A stretch of DNA of 44,286 bases from a bacterium (GTDB lineage: Bacteria; SZUA-182; DTGQ01; JAFGSM01), in NCBI GenBank assembly GCA_049472355.1, contig JBLIRP010000023.1, positions 1 to 44,286 of the forward strand. The letters run 5' to 3'. The position numbers were made by a program, and so were the translations under genes. This document shows, one piece after another, positions 27,516 through 39,500 of this stretch (the first letter of the stretch is position 1; the number at the start of each line of letters is the position of its first letter). A model generated the notes under the pieces. The model ran no database searches. It saw only the letters and a list, made by a program, of their open reading frames with translations, and was not told where the DNA came from.

Positions 27516-27896
27516 ATGAGTCACGCACGCAATTGGAAATGCACCGGTACACAGCGGCTTTGGTATGCGTTCATAAACTCGTTCAACGGCCTGAGATTGG
27601 CACTGGTCACCGAGGCGGCATTCCGGCAGGAGGTGCTCCTCGCCGCCATCCTGATTCCGGCTGCCCTCCTGCTTCCCATTCCCCTCTTCAGCAAAGGGAT
27701 CATGATCGCGAGCATCGTATTGGTGCTCACAGTGGAGATCCTCAACTCCGCAATCGAGGCACTCTGCGACCTTGTCTGCATGGATGACCATCCCCTGGCA
27801 AAGCGTGCCAAGGACCTGGGGAGCGCGGCGGTCATGATGAGCCTGGTCCTCCTTGCCGTTGTCTGGATCGGAGCGATCGTACACTACATGGTATGA
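27516..27896 (+). CDS. dgkA: Diacylglycerol kinase (prokaryotic DgkA family)
   Basis: NSFNGL, EAAFRQE, EILNSAIE, AKRAKDLGSAAV; GGAGAGG SD before ATG 27516. Confidence 0.93.
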   Translation: MSHARNWKCTGTQRLWYAFINSFNGLRLALVTEAAFRQEVLLAAILIPAALLLPIPLFSKGIMIASIVLVLTVEILNSAIEALCDLVCMDDHPLAKRAKDLGSAAVMMSLVLLAVVWIGAIVHYMV

Positions 27897-28040
27897 GGCG
27901 CCGGCCAGTTCCGGAAACGGTGACCGTTTTTGCCTGCACAACCAGCTCTTCGTCGAGAAGAGCACCAACCCTTTCACTTAAAAATCCCCTTTGGGTATTT
28001 TCATGCCTCTTTGTGAGCCGAAGTCTCATCTGCGTTTCAC

Positions 28041-28079
28041 TTCTACATTCTACATTCGACATTCTACATTCGACATTCG
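28041..28079. repeat. Tandem heptamer repeat (TTC[T/G]ACA) x5.5
   Basis: TTCTACA TTCTACA TTCGACA TTCTACA TTCGACA TTCG. Confidence 0.9.
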
Positions 28080-28435
28080 CAGTTTCATCCGGCTCATGTG
28101 CGTTTCATCTCTATCACCTCCCTTGTCATATAAAAGAAATATGTATCCTTGGTGCACGTATTATCAGGAAATGATGAATCACCTCTTGAAATGTCGATAA
28201 ATTTACTGATTGCCATTGGCACGGGTTGAGCACATGATAATCTCGAACTGTTGAGCAGGGGGTATGGGTTTCCAAATACGTTGACATTAATGAGTTATTC
28301 CGAAAAAAATATATCATCACTGATTACCGATGATGCAGGGGAATCATATGGAATGATGGCGGTTGACAGGAGCGGAAATAGACCGAGAATAAGGGGAAAA
28401 GAAAGACTCTGAGCAAAGGAAGGATACAAGGTTAT

Positions 28436-30193
28436 ATGGCAGATCCGTTAGAGAAACAGGAAAAGAGAACCGGCGCGAAGAGCGCTGCGGGCATCTTGAT
28501 CATTGTCGTCCTCATCCTTTTCACGTCAGTCACCTTTACAGGAAATCCTGCATTCCCATCCACAGAAGGAGATCCCTTCCCGCGTCCTGCGGAACTGGAG
28601 CCAAGCATCGAATTCTGGAAGAAGATATACACGGTTTACACCACCGAAGAGGGCGTAATCCATGACTCGGATGACCTCACCATAATCTATGAGGTGGTGA
28701 ATCTTGCAGGCACTGATGGCATGACGGATGTGAGAAGAAAGAGGATACGGCGCGTAAAGGAGAAATACAGGGACATCCTCGGTTCCATTATGAGCAAAAG
28801 GGGGTTGAATCTGAACAAGGAGGAAGAGAGGGTCTACAATCTCTTTTCAAACAAGAGTTTGAAACGGCTCTTGGATGCTCAATACTCCATCCGGTTCCAG
28901 CTCGGGCAGAAAGACCGCTTCATCCAGGGGATACAACTGTCGTACCGTTATCTTGACTGCATGAAAGAGATTATCGCAGATATGGATCTCCCCGAAAGGC
29001 TCATCTATCTCCCGCATGTGGAGTCCTCCTTCAATTATAGGGCCTATTCCAAATTCGGCGCTGCCGGCATCTGGCAATTCACCAGGGATACGGGAAAACG
29101 ATACCTGAAGATAAATAACGCGATCGACGAACGGCTGGATCCTATTAAATCAACCCATGGAGCGCTCCAGCATCTCCAGGACAATTACACTAGGATCCGG
29201 TCATGGCCTCTGGCCATCATAGCCTATAACTATGGACTTGCGGGCATGAGGAGGGCTGTGGAGGGACTGGATACGACCGACGTCGTAGAGATCATCTGTA
29301 GACACAAGGGGAGGACATTCGGTTTTGCATCCCGCAATTTTTACTGCGAATTTCTGGCTGCCTGTGATATTGCCGAAAACTACAGGGAGTATTTCGGCGA
29401 AATCGACATCGAAGAGCCACTTAAATTTCAGGCGTACCGGTTGAAGGAAGATGTGTTATTGAAAGACATCATGAAATATACGGGATTGGAAAGGGATGTC
29501 ATTAAAACATACAATCCTGCAATCAGGAGGTCTGCGATCCTTTCCCAGAGTCATCTGCCGAAGGGTTTTAATCTGAAACTCCCCGATGACAGGGACTACC
29601 AGCTTGACGCATTCTTCTGCAAACACAGATCTCCAAAACCGGTTCAGATGACTTCGGTGAATAAACCACCTGTGAAGAAATCGGTTACCCAGCGGGAGCA
29701 GGTCATCCCCCGGGAGTTCGCAGCCAAGGATAAGGACCTTGCCACGGATGACGGTGCATTCTCCATCACCTCAGCGATCGTGAGCGAGTTCCTCAAGGTT
29801 TCGCTGCCCTGCTTTACCCCTCTCGATCACGTAATCCGGAGCCGGAACAGGACCATAATGGAGAGCGGGTTCCCCATTTTGCCGCCGCTTCCGGTAACTC
29901 CAAGCAAATCCCTCATGACGAGTAAACCATTCAATGCCCCGCTGCCGGTCATAATCGCACGCGCTTCATGTATCGCAGCCGGACCCCTCAATGCACCGGT
30001 GCATGGTGTAATCCCCGATCATGCCGCAGTCCCGAGCGAGCCCTTGTTCCGGAGCAAGTTCATTATTGCAGGCAAATCCGTAATCCCGAGCCAGTCCATC
30101 ATCGCGAGTGGATCTCTCAATGCGCTGATGCCTGGTGTACTCCCCACTGAGGCCGCAATCCAGGCGAGGCTTTGTTCGGGAATGAGTCAGTGA
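28436..30193 (+). CDS. MltD-like lytic murein transglycosylase with low-complexity C-terminal tail
   Basis: TM/signal, FWKKIY, LPHVESSF (catalytic Glu), GAAGIWQF, DERLDP, WPLAIIAYNYG, FGFASRNFY, LysM-like YNPA...LPKG..LKLP. Confidence 0.88.
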   Translation: MADPLEKQEKRTGAKSAAGILIIVVLILFTSVTFTGNPAFPSTEGDPFPRPAELEPSIEFWKKIYTVYTTEEGVIHDSDDLTIIYEVVNLAGTDGMTDVRRKRIRRVKEKYRDILGSIMSKRGLNLNKEEERVYNLFSNKSLKRLLDAQYSIRFQLGQKDRFIQGIQLSYRYLDCMKEIIADMDLPERLIYLPHVESSFNYRAYSKFGAAGIWQFTRDTGKRYLKINNAIDERLDPIKSTHGALQHLQDNYTRIRSWPLAIIAYNYGLAGMRRAVEGLDTTDVVEIICRHKGRTFGFASRNFYCEFLAACDIAENYREYFGEIDIEEPLKFQAYRLKEDVLLKDIMKYTGLERDVIKTYNPAIRRSAILSQSHLPKGFNLKLPDDRDYQLDAFFCKHRSPKPVQMTSVNKPPVKKSVTQREQVIPREFAAKDKDLATDDGAFSITSAIVSEFLKVSLPCFTPLDHVIRSRNRTIMESGFPILPPLPVTPSKSLMTSKPFNAPLPVIIARASCIAAGPLNAPVHGVIPDHAAVPSEPLFRSKFIIAGKSVIPSQSIIASGSLNALMPGVLPTEAAIQARLCSGMSQ

Positions 30194-30230
30194 TTGCAGG
30201 CACGGCCGTCATTACCCGCGAGTCCATTCT
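29981..30230 (+). repeat. 129-bp tandem duplication; copy 2 carries a 1-nt deletion near 30163
   Basis: GGACCCCTCAATGCA at 29981 versus GGATCTCTCAATGCG at 30110; the peptide repeat continues in ORF 30172..30375. Confidence 0.75.
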
Positions 30231-30508
30231 CGATATACCTTCACCCTTCATTGAAGGGGCCACAGTGCCTCAGACCAATGGGCCAAGAATGCAGGGGTGC
30301 TATTTTCCGTCTGCACCTTCCGTGGCCCGATGGCAGCCTCCTACCCCCCTGCGCCGGCCTCCTCGCCCGCAATGATCATCGCCGAGACCAGCATGGTCGA
30401 GGTGCCGAACACATCTCACAATGAGAATAACACACATCACCCGTTACGAAAAACTCAGGCACTGCCTTGATTGTCAAGGGAAATTTCCCAAGGTGCTTGA
30501 TCAACGCA

Positions 30509-33500
30509 TTATAGACTATTGACAACCAATGTGCACGGAATGTATACGGGGCTCAACTCATTGATCGCGTTGTGCCTGATCCTCAGGGCAGCGGCGTACG
30601 TATCCGCTTCCATCCCCGCTGCATCAAAGGTAACGTCTATCAGTATTGACAATCCCGCAGGAACCGTTGCAGATCTTGGAGTAACGGAAAGCCAGCCCGG
30701 TTTCGCTCCCTCTGCGGTCCATTTCAGCGCATTCTCCCATAAGAGATAAAAATCCCCCACAACCATTTCATAAAAAGGGGCTGCCGGAAATATGGTGACA
30801 GCCGTAATTCGCCCTGCCGGCTCGTTGAACACGACCAGGGGATCACCATCCGTCCACCAGGCCACAGCCGTCGCATCATCGCGCACGGTCACCGGCCCGC
30901 CACGCCCTGTACAGCCCAATCCAGTGAGTCCAGTGGTTAACGGATGGGATATGATGCTGTTCGTATCCAGCTCGGCATACATGCCATCACAAGCCCCTCC
31001 ATAAAGCGGGTCTATCGTCTCCAAGACGCCCCAACCCGCTCCGTACTCCCGGTCCGACCAGTAGAAGTTCCCCATCACCAGATTCCCGCCTGCCATCACA
31101 TACTCGTAGAGCCGATCGCCCACTTCGGGGGAATTGTAAGGTATATCATAGGTGAACATCAAAACCACATCAAAGGATTGCAGATATTCCAAACCCGGCA
31201 CGCCGGAGTTCATATCGTATGCTACACAGGCGACATCCGTCATATTCGCACTGAAATTTTCAACCACCCAGTCCCGATCATAACCCGGTGACATGACCAG
31301 GACGTTTATGACGTGATCCAGCGCTATCCCCAGGTTGCTGTTGTGCAAATCATTGGCATTGTCCTGATATTCGGGTATGGAGCGATCTTCATATCGGAAA
31401 CCCTGTCTTTCAGGAGATATGAAACCTTGTGGTCTTTGAAAAGCGACCACGGGCTCCATCCGGATAGTGAGGGCCTTTATGGTTTCAAAGCCGATATCGA
31501 ATTGCAGATCATCGCCGCCGGTGTTCGTAATCGTCAGTGTGCTGGTGATACTTTCTCCGCTATTCAAGACCTCTGAGAAACTCTTGGGATCGATCACGAT
31601 CTCCGGCGGGAAAACGCCTGTGGCTGTCAGATCGACCGTGAGTAAAGGGCTGTCCTCCGCATCACTCAGAATCGTTATGCTGCCCGTTTCTTCACCTGTA
31701 TCCGCAGGGGTAAACCATGCCTCAAAGCTGACGCGCCCAAAGGGTGGTACGAGCAGCGGTGTCTCGGCATCATGGCCGAACTTGTCACCCACCAGATTTA
31801 TTTCATGTACCATGGTTATTTCATTACCCGGATTGATCAGGGTGATGGTTACAGACTCGGTGGTTCCTATCCATACATTGCCGAAATCATGATCGGCAGG
31901 GGAAACATCGAGTCGTCTCATCGTATTCACACCCAATGCGCAGGGGACAAGCAGGGGACTCGGCGCATTGGTGGCATTGTGGCCTATCTCCATGATGAGT
32001 TCATATACCTCTGCCATAAGACCGGCGGCATCGAAGGTCACATCCACATCGGCGCTCCGGCCGGGAGGGACGATGCCCGATCCGGGTGAAACCCTGAGCC
32101 ACGAAGGACCGGCGACAATGCGGATCGCCAGGAAATCCTTTAAATAGGAGGTGTTATAGGCGATCCCGAGCCCGTCAACCCCTAGTGCATCCTGGATTCC
32201 CACGGCCGACATGGACGCGTTGCCCATCAGCTCTTTATAATAGAGATTAATGGCCCCATCCGCATGAAGCACCATTTGAAAGGTGTACACCCCTATGTCA
32301 CTGATGTGCGTCACATTTTGAAATTGAACGATCGCCCTGTCGCCGAGATCCTTAAAGAAGATGTCTCCCGACATCCCAGGACAAAGATCGCTCCAGAATC
32401 CTGCAACCATGGCGGGCATGCGCGGAGACGGAATCGGGGAATGAGACCATTCGTAGCTGCCCTCGCCAAAGGTGATGTACCCGTTGCTTCCCACAAAAAT
32501 GTCGGTATATTCAACCCCGTAGAAGCTGAACGGGAAGCTGAGCGGCAGTTCCTGATAATCGTCATCAGCTTCTGAAATATAGAGCCAGTTGGCCGGATCA
32601 GCGATATCAATCCATTCAAACACAGGACCCCCCGGCTCGTCGGAATCGATCCACGTGTATCCGAAGCCATCCGGGCCGCCCGTATCATACGGAACTATCT
32701 GCCCTATACGCGGGTCTTCCGATCCCTTGGGAATCCTTTCATAATGGCTCGCATCATACCGGTACGGCTCGACGCCCGCTATACCCGCTATGGTGGGTCC
32801 GCTGATGGCAAACTCCAGATCATATCCGCCGCTGTTCGTTATGGTCATCGTCCTTGTAACCGCATATCCCGGATCCAATTTCTCGGAGAAGCTGTCCGGA
32901 TGTACAGTGATCTCCGGAGGAGGTACGCCCGTACCGGCAAGATCGACGAAGAGTGTCGGAGTATCCTTTGCATCGCTGCTGATCACCATGGTGCCCGTTT
33001 CAGTACCCAGATCGACGGGTATGAATAGGGCATCAAAGGTTGTACTGCCGAAGGGCGGGACCTTCATGGGCAGAATTGCCTTAACTCCGAACACCTTATT
33101 ATCCGTGGTGATCTCAGTCACCGTAGTCGTATCATTGCCGGCATTGGTCAGGGTCATGGTTACCACCTTCATTCCTCCCGCAAACATATTGCCAAAATCA
33201 AGGCTGGAAGGTGACACCGCAAGTCGTTTTACGCCGTTGACAAGCATTGAGCAGGGAACAGGCAAGGGATTGGGCTCATTGAGTGCATTGTGGTTGATGT
33301 TCAGGTTGGCACGATACTCACCTGCAACCATATCCGCGGCGTCAAAGGTGACCTCTATTGCTATGGATGCACCGGGCATGACGGTCGCAGATTCGGGTAG
33401 TACCGACAGCCATTGAGGTTTTCTCCCCTCAGCCGTCCATTTCAGGGCATTTTCCCACAGCAGGAAAAAATCCCCCATAACCGGATTATACTGAGGCTCT

Positions 33501-36500
33501 GAAGGCAACGCCGTAACGGCGGTGATTCTTCCCCCCGGCTCGTTAAACGTGATCAGGGGGTCGCCGTCCGTCCACCATGCCACTGTTTTTGCATCATCAC
33601 GCACGGTCACAGGCCCGCCGCGTGCAACACAGCCCAATGCGGTGAGTCCTGCGGTCAAAGGATGCGGTACGATGCTATTCGTATCCAGCTCTTCGTAAAT
33701 ATAATCACTCATCCCGCCATAGAGTGGATCGATGGTTTCAAGGGCACCCCAGCCAAATCCTATCTCCCTAATGGCCCAATAGTCCAGCCCGAGGACCAGA
33801 TTGCCGCCGGACGTCACATAATCATACAATGCATCACCCACCTGGGGAGAGACATCGGATGTCCAGCATTGAAAGAGCAAAACGACATCAAATAATCGGA
33901 GATATTCCAGATCCGGAATATCAAGATTTATGTCCATGGTTTCAAATGACACATCCGTCATGTTGGCGCCAAAATTTGCAGCAACCCAGTCATAATCGCA
34001 GGTGGAAAGGACCAGTGCATTGATCGCGTCACTCAGATCAATCTCCCGGCCTTCGGTCTTTGCATCATCGAGTGCATCCACCCTTTCACCGACAATATCG
34101 AATTCAAGATCACTCATGCCGGTGTTGGTGATGGTCAGCGTGCTGGTGACACGATCCCCGAGATCCAACATCTCGGAGAAGCTATCCGGGCTGATCATGA
34201 TCTCCGGAGGGAGCAAACCCATACCGGAAAGGGCAACCGTAAGGGTAGGATTGTCCTTTGCATCACTGGTGATCGTCATGCTGTCTTCTTCCGGGCCCTC
34301 GTCTATAGGCTTGAACACCGCCTCAAAACTGACGCTGCCAAAGGGCGGCACCGCCAACGGCATCGTTGCATTATGGCTGAATTCTGCATTATCCAGATTA
34401 ATTGCACCTACTGTGGTTACATCATTACCCCCGTTCGTCAGCGTGATGGTTACAAAACCGCCAGCCCCTATAAATACATCGCCGAAATCATGGCTGGCAG
34501 GGAAAACATCGAGGCTTCTAAAACCATTCACCGCAAGCATGCAGGGGATAGGCACGGGATCAGTGGCATTTATGGCATTGTGGCCTATCTCCATCGTTAT
34601 TTCATATACCCCTGCCACAAGACCGGAGGCATCGAAGGTCACATCCACATCGGCGCTCCGGCCGGGAGGGACGATGCCCGATCCGGGTGACACCTTGAGC
34701 CACGAAGGACCGGAAGAAATGCGGATCGCCAGGAAATCCTTTACGTAGGAGGTGTTATAGGCGATCCCGAGCCAGTCAGTTCCCCATGCATCCTGGATTC
34801 CGACGGTTGAGAAGGACGCGTCCCCCATCATCTCCTTATAATAGAGGTTGATGGTGCCATTGGCATGAAGCACCATTTGAAAGGTATATATGCCCATGCC
34901 GCTGAAATGGACCACATTGTTAAATTGAACGATCGCCCTGTCGCCGAGATCCTTAAAGTAGATGTCTCCCGACATCCCGGGGCAAAGATCGCTCCAGAAT
35001 CCTGCAACCATTGCAGGCATGTAAGGAGACGGAATCGGGGAATTAAAGCCTTCGTAGCTGCCCTGGCCAAAGGTTATGTACCCGTTGCTCCCCACAAAGA
35101 TGCTGGTATATTCAACCCCGTAGAGGTTGAACGGGAAGCTGAGCGGCACCTCCTGATAATCGTCATCGGCATCAGAAATGTAGAGCCGGTTGTTCGGATC
35201 AACGATATCAACCCATTCAAACACGGGGCCACCCGGCTCATCGGAATCGACCCACCTATATCCAAAGACATCGGGGCCGCCCGTATCATACGGAACCGGT
35301 TGTCCTACCCGTATATCTTCCGAACCCTTGGGAATCCTTTCATAATGGCTTGAATCATACCGGTATGGCTCGACGCCCGCTATACTTTCTATGGTGGGTC
35401 CACTGATAGCAAACTCCAGATCAATGCCACCACTGTTTGTGATAGTGAGTGTTTTTGTGACAATCCCTCCAAGATCCAAAACCTCTGAGAACATCTCCGG
35501 GGTAATCTCTAATATCGCAGGGAGAATACCTGTCCCGGAAAGGGGCACCTCAATTGACGGATTATCATCTGCATCACTGGCGATTATCATAGCGCCTATT
35601 GACACGCCTTCACCAATTGGAGTGAACGTTACCTCAACGCTGACACTGCCAAAGGGCGGAACCTCCAGGGGTATCATGGCATCGTGCCGGAACGGCGGGT
35701 CGTCTATTGCAATGTCGCTTACCCTGCACGTGTCATTGCCCGTATTAGTCAGGGTGAGGATTACGGATTCACTTTCTCCCACAAAGACATTCCCAAAATT
35801 ATGGCTATCGGGTGCGACATCGAGGTGTTTTATCGAATTGACATCCATCGTGCAGGGAATAGCTATGGGATCGGGCGCATTGAGTGCGTTGTGGCTGATG
35901 TTCAGGTTGGCAAGATACGTATCTGCAACCATATCCGTGGCATCAAAGGTCACCTCTATTTCTATTGACAATCCTGGTGGAACGATGCCTGACTCAGGTT
36001 TGACCGAGAGCCATTTCGGGCCGAACTGGACCGCATTGGCAATGATGCGTGCCATATCGTTGTTGTACGCAAAATAATCAAAGCCCAATACCACCACATT
36101 TCCCGACCCAAGGCCCCTTGATGCAACAACAGGGTAATATGAGGCACTTTCCACAACAACCACGTCTGCGTCCGGTGTCGTGACATCATACCATCCTGTG
36201 GCATTCTCTCCCCTGAGGCTTCCCGGCACATCCTCCGCTAATGGATGATCCGGGGCAACTACGGTTAATGGGACATTCACCGATGTACGTACCAACGCCA
36301 CTTCCATTAGTCCTGTACTCGTGATAAACCCATTACTCGCCCAGAACTCCCCGCAAAAAATCACCGTTCCGCCCGAGGACACAAAATCGGAAAGCACCGG
36401 CGCCCACGACGCGCCGATCATCGTGATGTCGGGCAAGGCCCGCTCTTGCTCGGGAATCAAAAAGACCTCCTTACCCGTCAATAATGCCTGTAATGCAATA

Positions 36501-39500
36501 GGATCGGTCACATCAGTGGGCTCAGCCGTGAAATCCGTACAATAGGTTGAAATGGCATTCAGGGTATTTACATATTCCCCGGTTGGAGAGTTATCCGAAT
36601 ACTTGTTCCAGACAAGTATGTTCACGGTCCCTGCATCCGCCGACAATGCTTCAGCCGCACTCAGCATCTCGATTTGCATATCAAATTCCAGAACATGCCC
36701 TCCGGTGTTTGTAATCGTCAGCGTCCTTACGGCACTTTCCCCGGGATCAAGGGCCTCCGAGAAACCCTCCGGGTCGATTTCGATCTCCGGAGGAAGAACA
36801 CCTGTACCGGAAAGGGTCACCGTAAGCGAAGGATTGTCCGCTGCATCACTGGTGATCGTCATGATACCTGTTGCCGGACCATCATCAAAAGGAGCAAAGG
36901 TCGCCCCAAAGCTGACACTGCCAAACGGCGGAACCTCCAGGGGCAGAACGGCATCGTGCCCGAACGCCGGGTTGTCTGTTTCAATGCCTCTTACCGTGGT
37001 TGCACCATTGCCCGAATTCGTCAGGGTCAGGGTTACGGAGCCGCTTGCCCCTTTCCAGACACTTCCAAAGTCGTGTACTGCAGGTGAGACATCGAGGTGT
37101 TTTACTGCATTGACAACCATCGTGCATGGAACAGCTATGGGATCCGATGCATTGACTGCATTGTGGCTGATGTTCAGGCTGGCAACATACGTATCTGCAA
37201 CCATATCCGTGGCATCAAAGGTCACCTGTATGGCCAGCGACACGCCTGCCGGTATTGTGCCCGATGCGAGATCCACCGATAGCCACCCCTTTCCTCCCTC
37301 GGCGGTCCACTTGAGTGCATTTTCCCATAGCAGGTAGAAATCCCCTATAACTGGTTCATACAAAGGGGCTGCCGGAAATGTGGTGACGGCCGTGATTCGG
37401 CCTGCCGGCTCGTTAAACACGAGCAGGGGATCACCGTCCGTCCACCAGGCCACAGCCGTCGCATCATCACGCACGGTCACCGGCCCACCACGCCCTATAC
37501 AGCCCAATCTGGTGAGTCCCGTGGTTAAAGGATGGGGTATGATGCTGTTCGTATCCAACTCGGCATACCGGCCGTCACAGAACCCTCCATAAAGCGGATC
37601 GATCGTTTCCAAGGCGCCCCAGCCCATTCCCCAGTCCCGCTCTATCCAATAGAAATTCCCCATCACCAGATTGCCGCCTGACATCACGTACTCGTACAGC
37701 CGATCACCAACTTTGGAAGAATTTAGAGGGGAATAATTACTAAACATCAAGACCACATCAAAGGCTTTCAGATATTCCAAATCCGGTACGTCATAGATTA
37801 TGTCATATGTTTCAAAGGCGACATCCGTCATATTGGCACCGAAATTTTCAGCCACCCAATCATAATCGGTCACCGGTGACATGACCAAAACGTTTATGAC
37901 GCGATCCAGCCTTATCCCCAGGTTGCTGTTGCGCAGGTCATTGACGTTATACTGATATCCAGGCGTGGAGTTATTCTCGTATGGAAAGCCCGGCCTCACA
38001 TCTGAAGATATGAATGCCGTGGATGGTTGAGAAGAGACGACCCTCTCCACCTTCACGCTTGGCCCTTCCACCCCTTCAATCGAGATATCAAATTCCAGAT
38101 CTTCCCCGCCGGTGTTCGTAATCGTCAGCATTTTGGTCAGGCGATCTCCGAGGTCCAGAACCTCCGAGAAACTCTCTGGGTCAATTTCGATCTGCGGAGG
38201 AAGCAAACCCGTGCCGGAAAGGGTGACCTCGAGCGAAGGATTGTCCTCCGCATCGCTGGTGATCGTCATGATGCCTATTATCTCGCCTTCATCCACAGGG
38301 GCAAACGTCGCCTCGAAGCTGACGCTGCCGAAGGGCGGGACCTCCAGGGGCAGAACTGCATTGTGGCCGAACGCTGCATTGTCCGTTGCAATGGCACTCA
38401 CCGTGGTCGTATCGTTGCAGCCGTTTTTCAAGGTTATGGTCACCGATGAGTTTCCACCGACCCAGACTTCGCCAAAATCATGGGAATCGGGTGAGGCTGA
38501 AAGGGTCCGGCAACCGTTTATATCCGCGATGACCTCGATGGTCGGCATTGGATTTACGGGGTCATTGGTCGAAAGGGTGATCAGCCCGGTCCACTGACCG
38601 GCAACCAGCCCCTTGGGATCGACGGTTACCGTAATCGGCTGCTCTTCACCGGGATTCAATATGCCCGGCTCCATGGGCGAGGCCGAAAGCCAGGGCAATC
38701 CTATCTCCGCAAGCGCCTGGTTGACATTGAGCCTTCCTTCGCTCAGGACCTTTCCCGTCAGGGAGGGCACGACATCCACACCCTCCAGGAGGGCGGCCTT
38801 TACCTGCACACCCGATAAACCGGGATTGTAGCTCCATACCAGGGCCGCTGCACCGGCGACATGCGGCGCGGCCATGGAGGTGCCCGATTTGTACGCATAG
38901 CCTTCGTAAGGCTGACAGCTATAGATATCAACCCCGGGTGCGGCAAGATCCACCGTGGTCGGTCCGTAATTGGAAAAAGAGGCGAGCAGGTCATTATGGT
39001 CCGTGGCGGCAACGGCTATGATGTTTTCACAATCATAACCGGATGGATAATCGGGAAATACATCAGTGTTCATCGCACTGTTCCCCGCCGCGGCAACAAA
39101 CAGGTAGCCAAGGCCGCCGGCAGCGTCGATCACGTCCTTCAGGGCCTGATCATAAGGGCCACCCCCCCAACTGTTGCTGGTGATGGGAATCCCCATGGCG
39201 TTGGCATAGGCCACTGCATCAATCGCATCCGAGGTCCATCCCGATCCGCTCCAATCCAAAAACTTCAGGGCCACCAGCCCGGCCTTCCATGATACGCCGA
39301 CCACGCCTATGCCGTTATTTCCTGTCGCGGCTATTGTCCCGGCGCAATGGGTGCCGTGACCATGGTCATCCCACGGATCGTTGTCGTCATTGCAGAAATC
39401 CCAGCCATACACATCGTCAACATACCCGTTGCCGTCGTCATCGATCCCGTTGCCCGGTATCTCGCCGGGATTCGTCCAGATATTATCCACAAGGTCCGGA

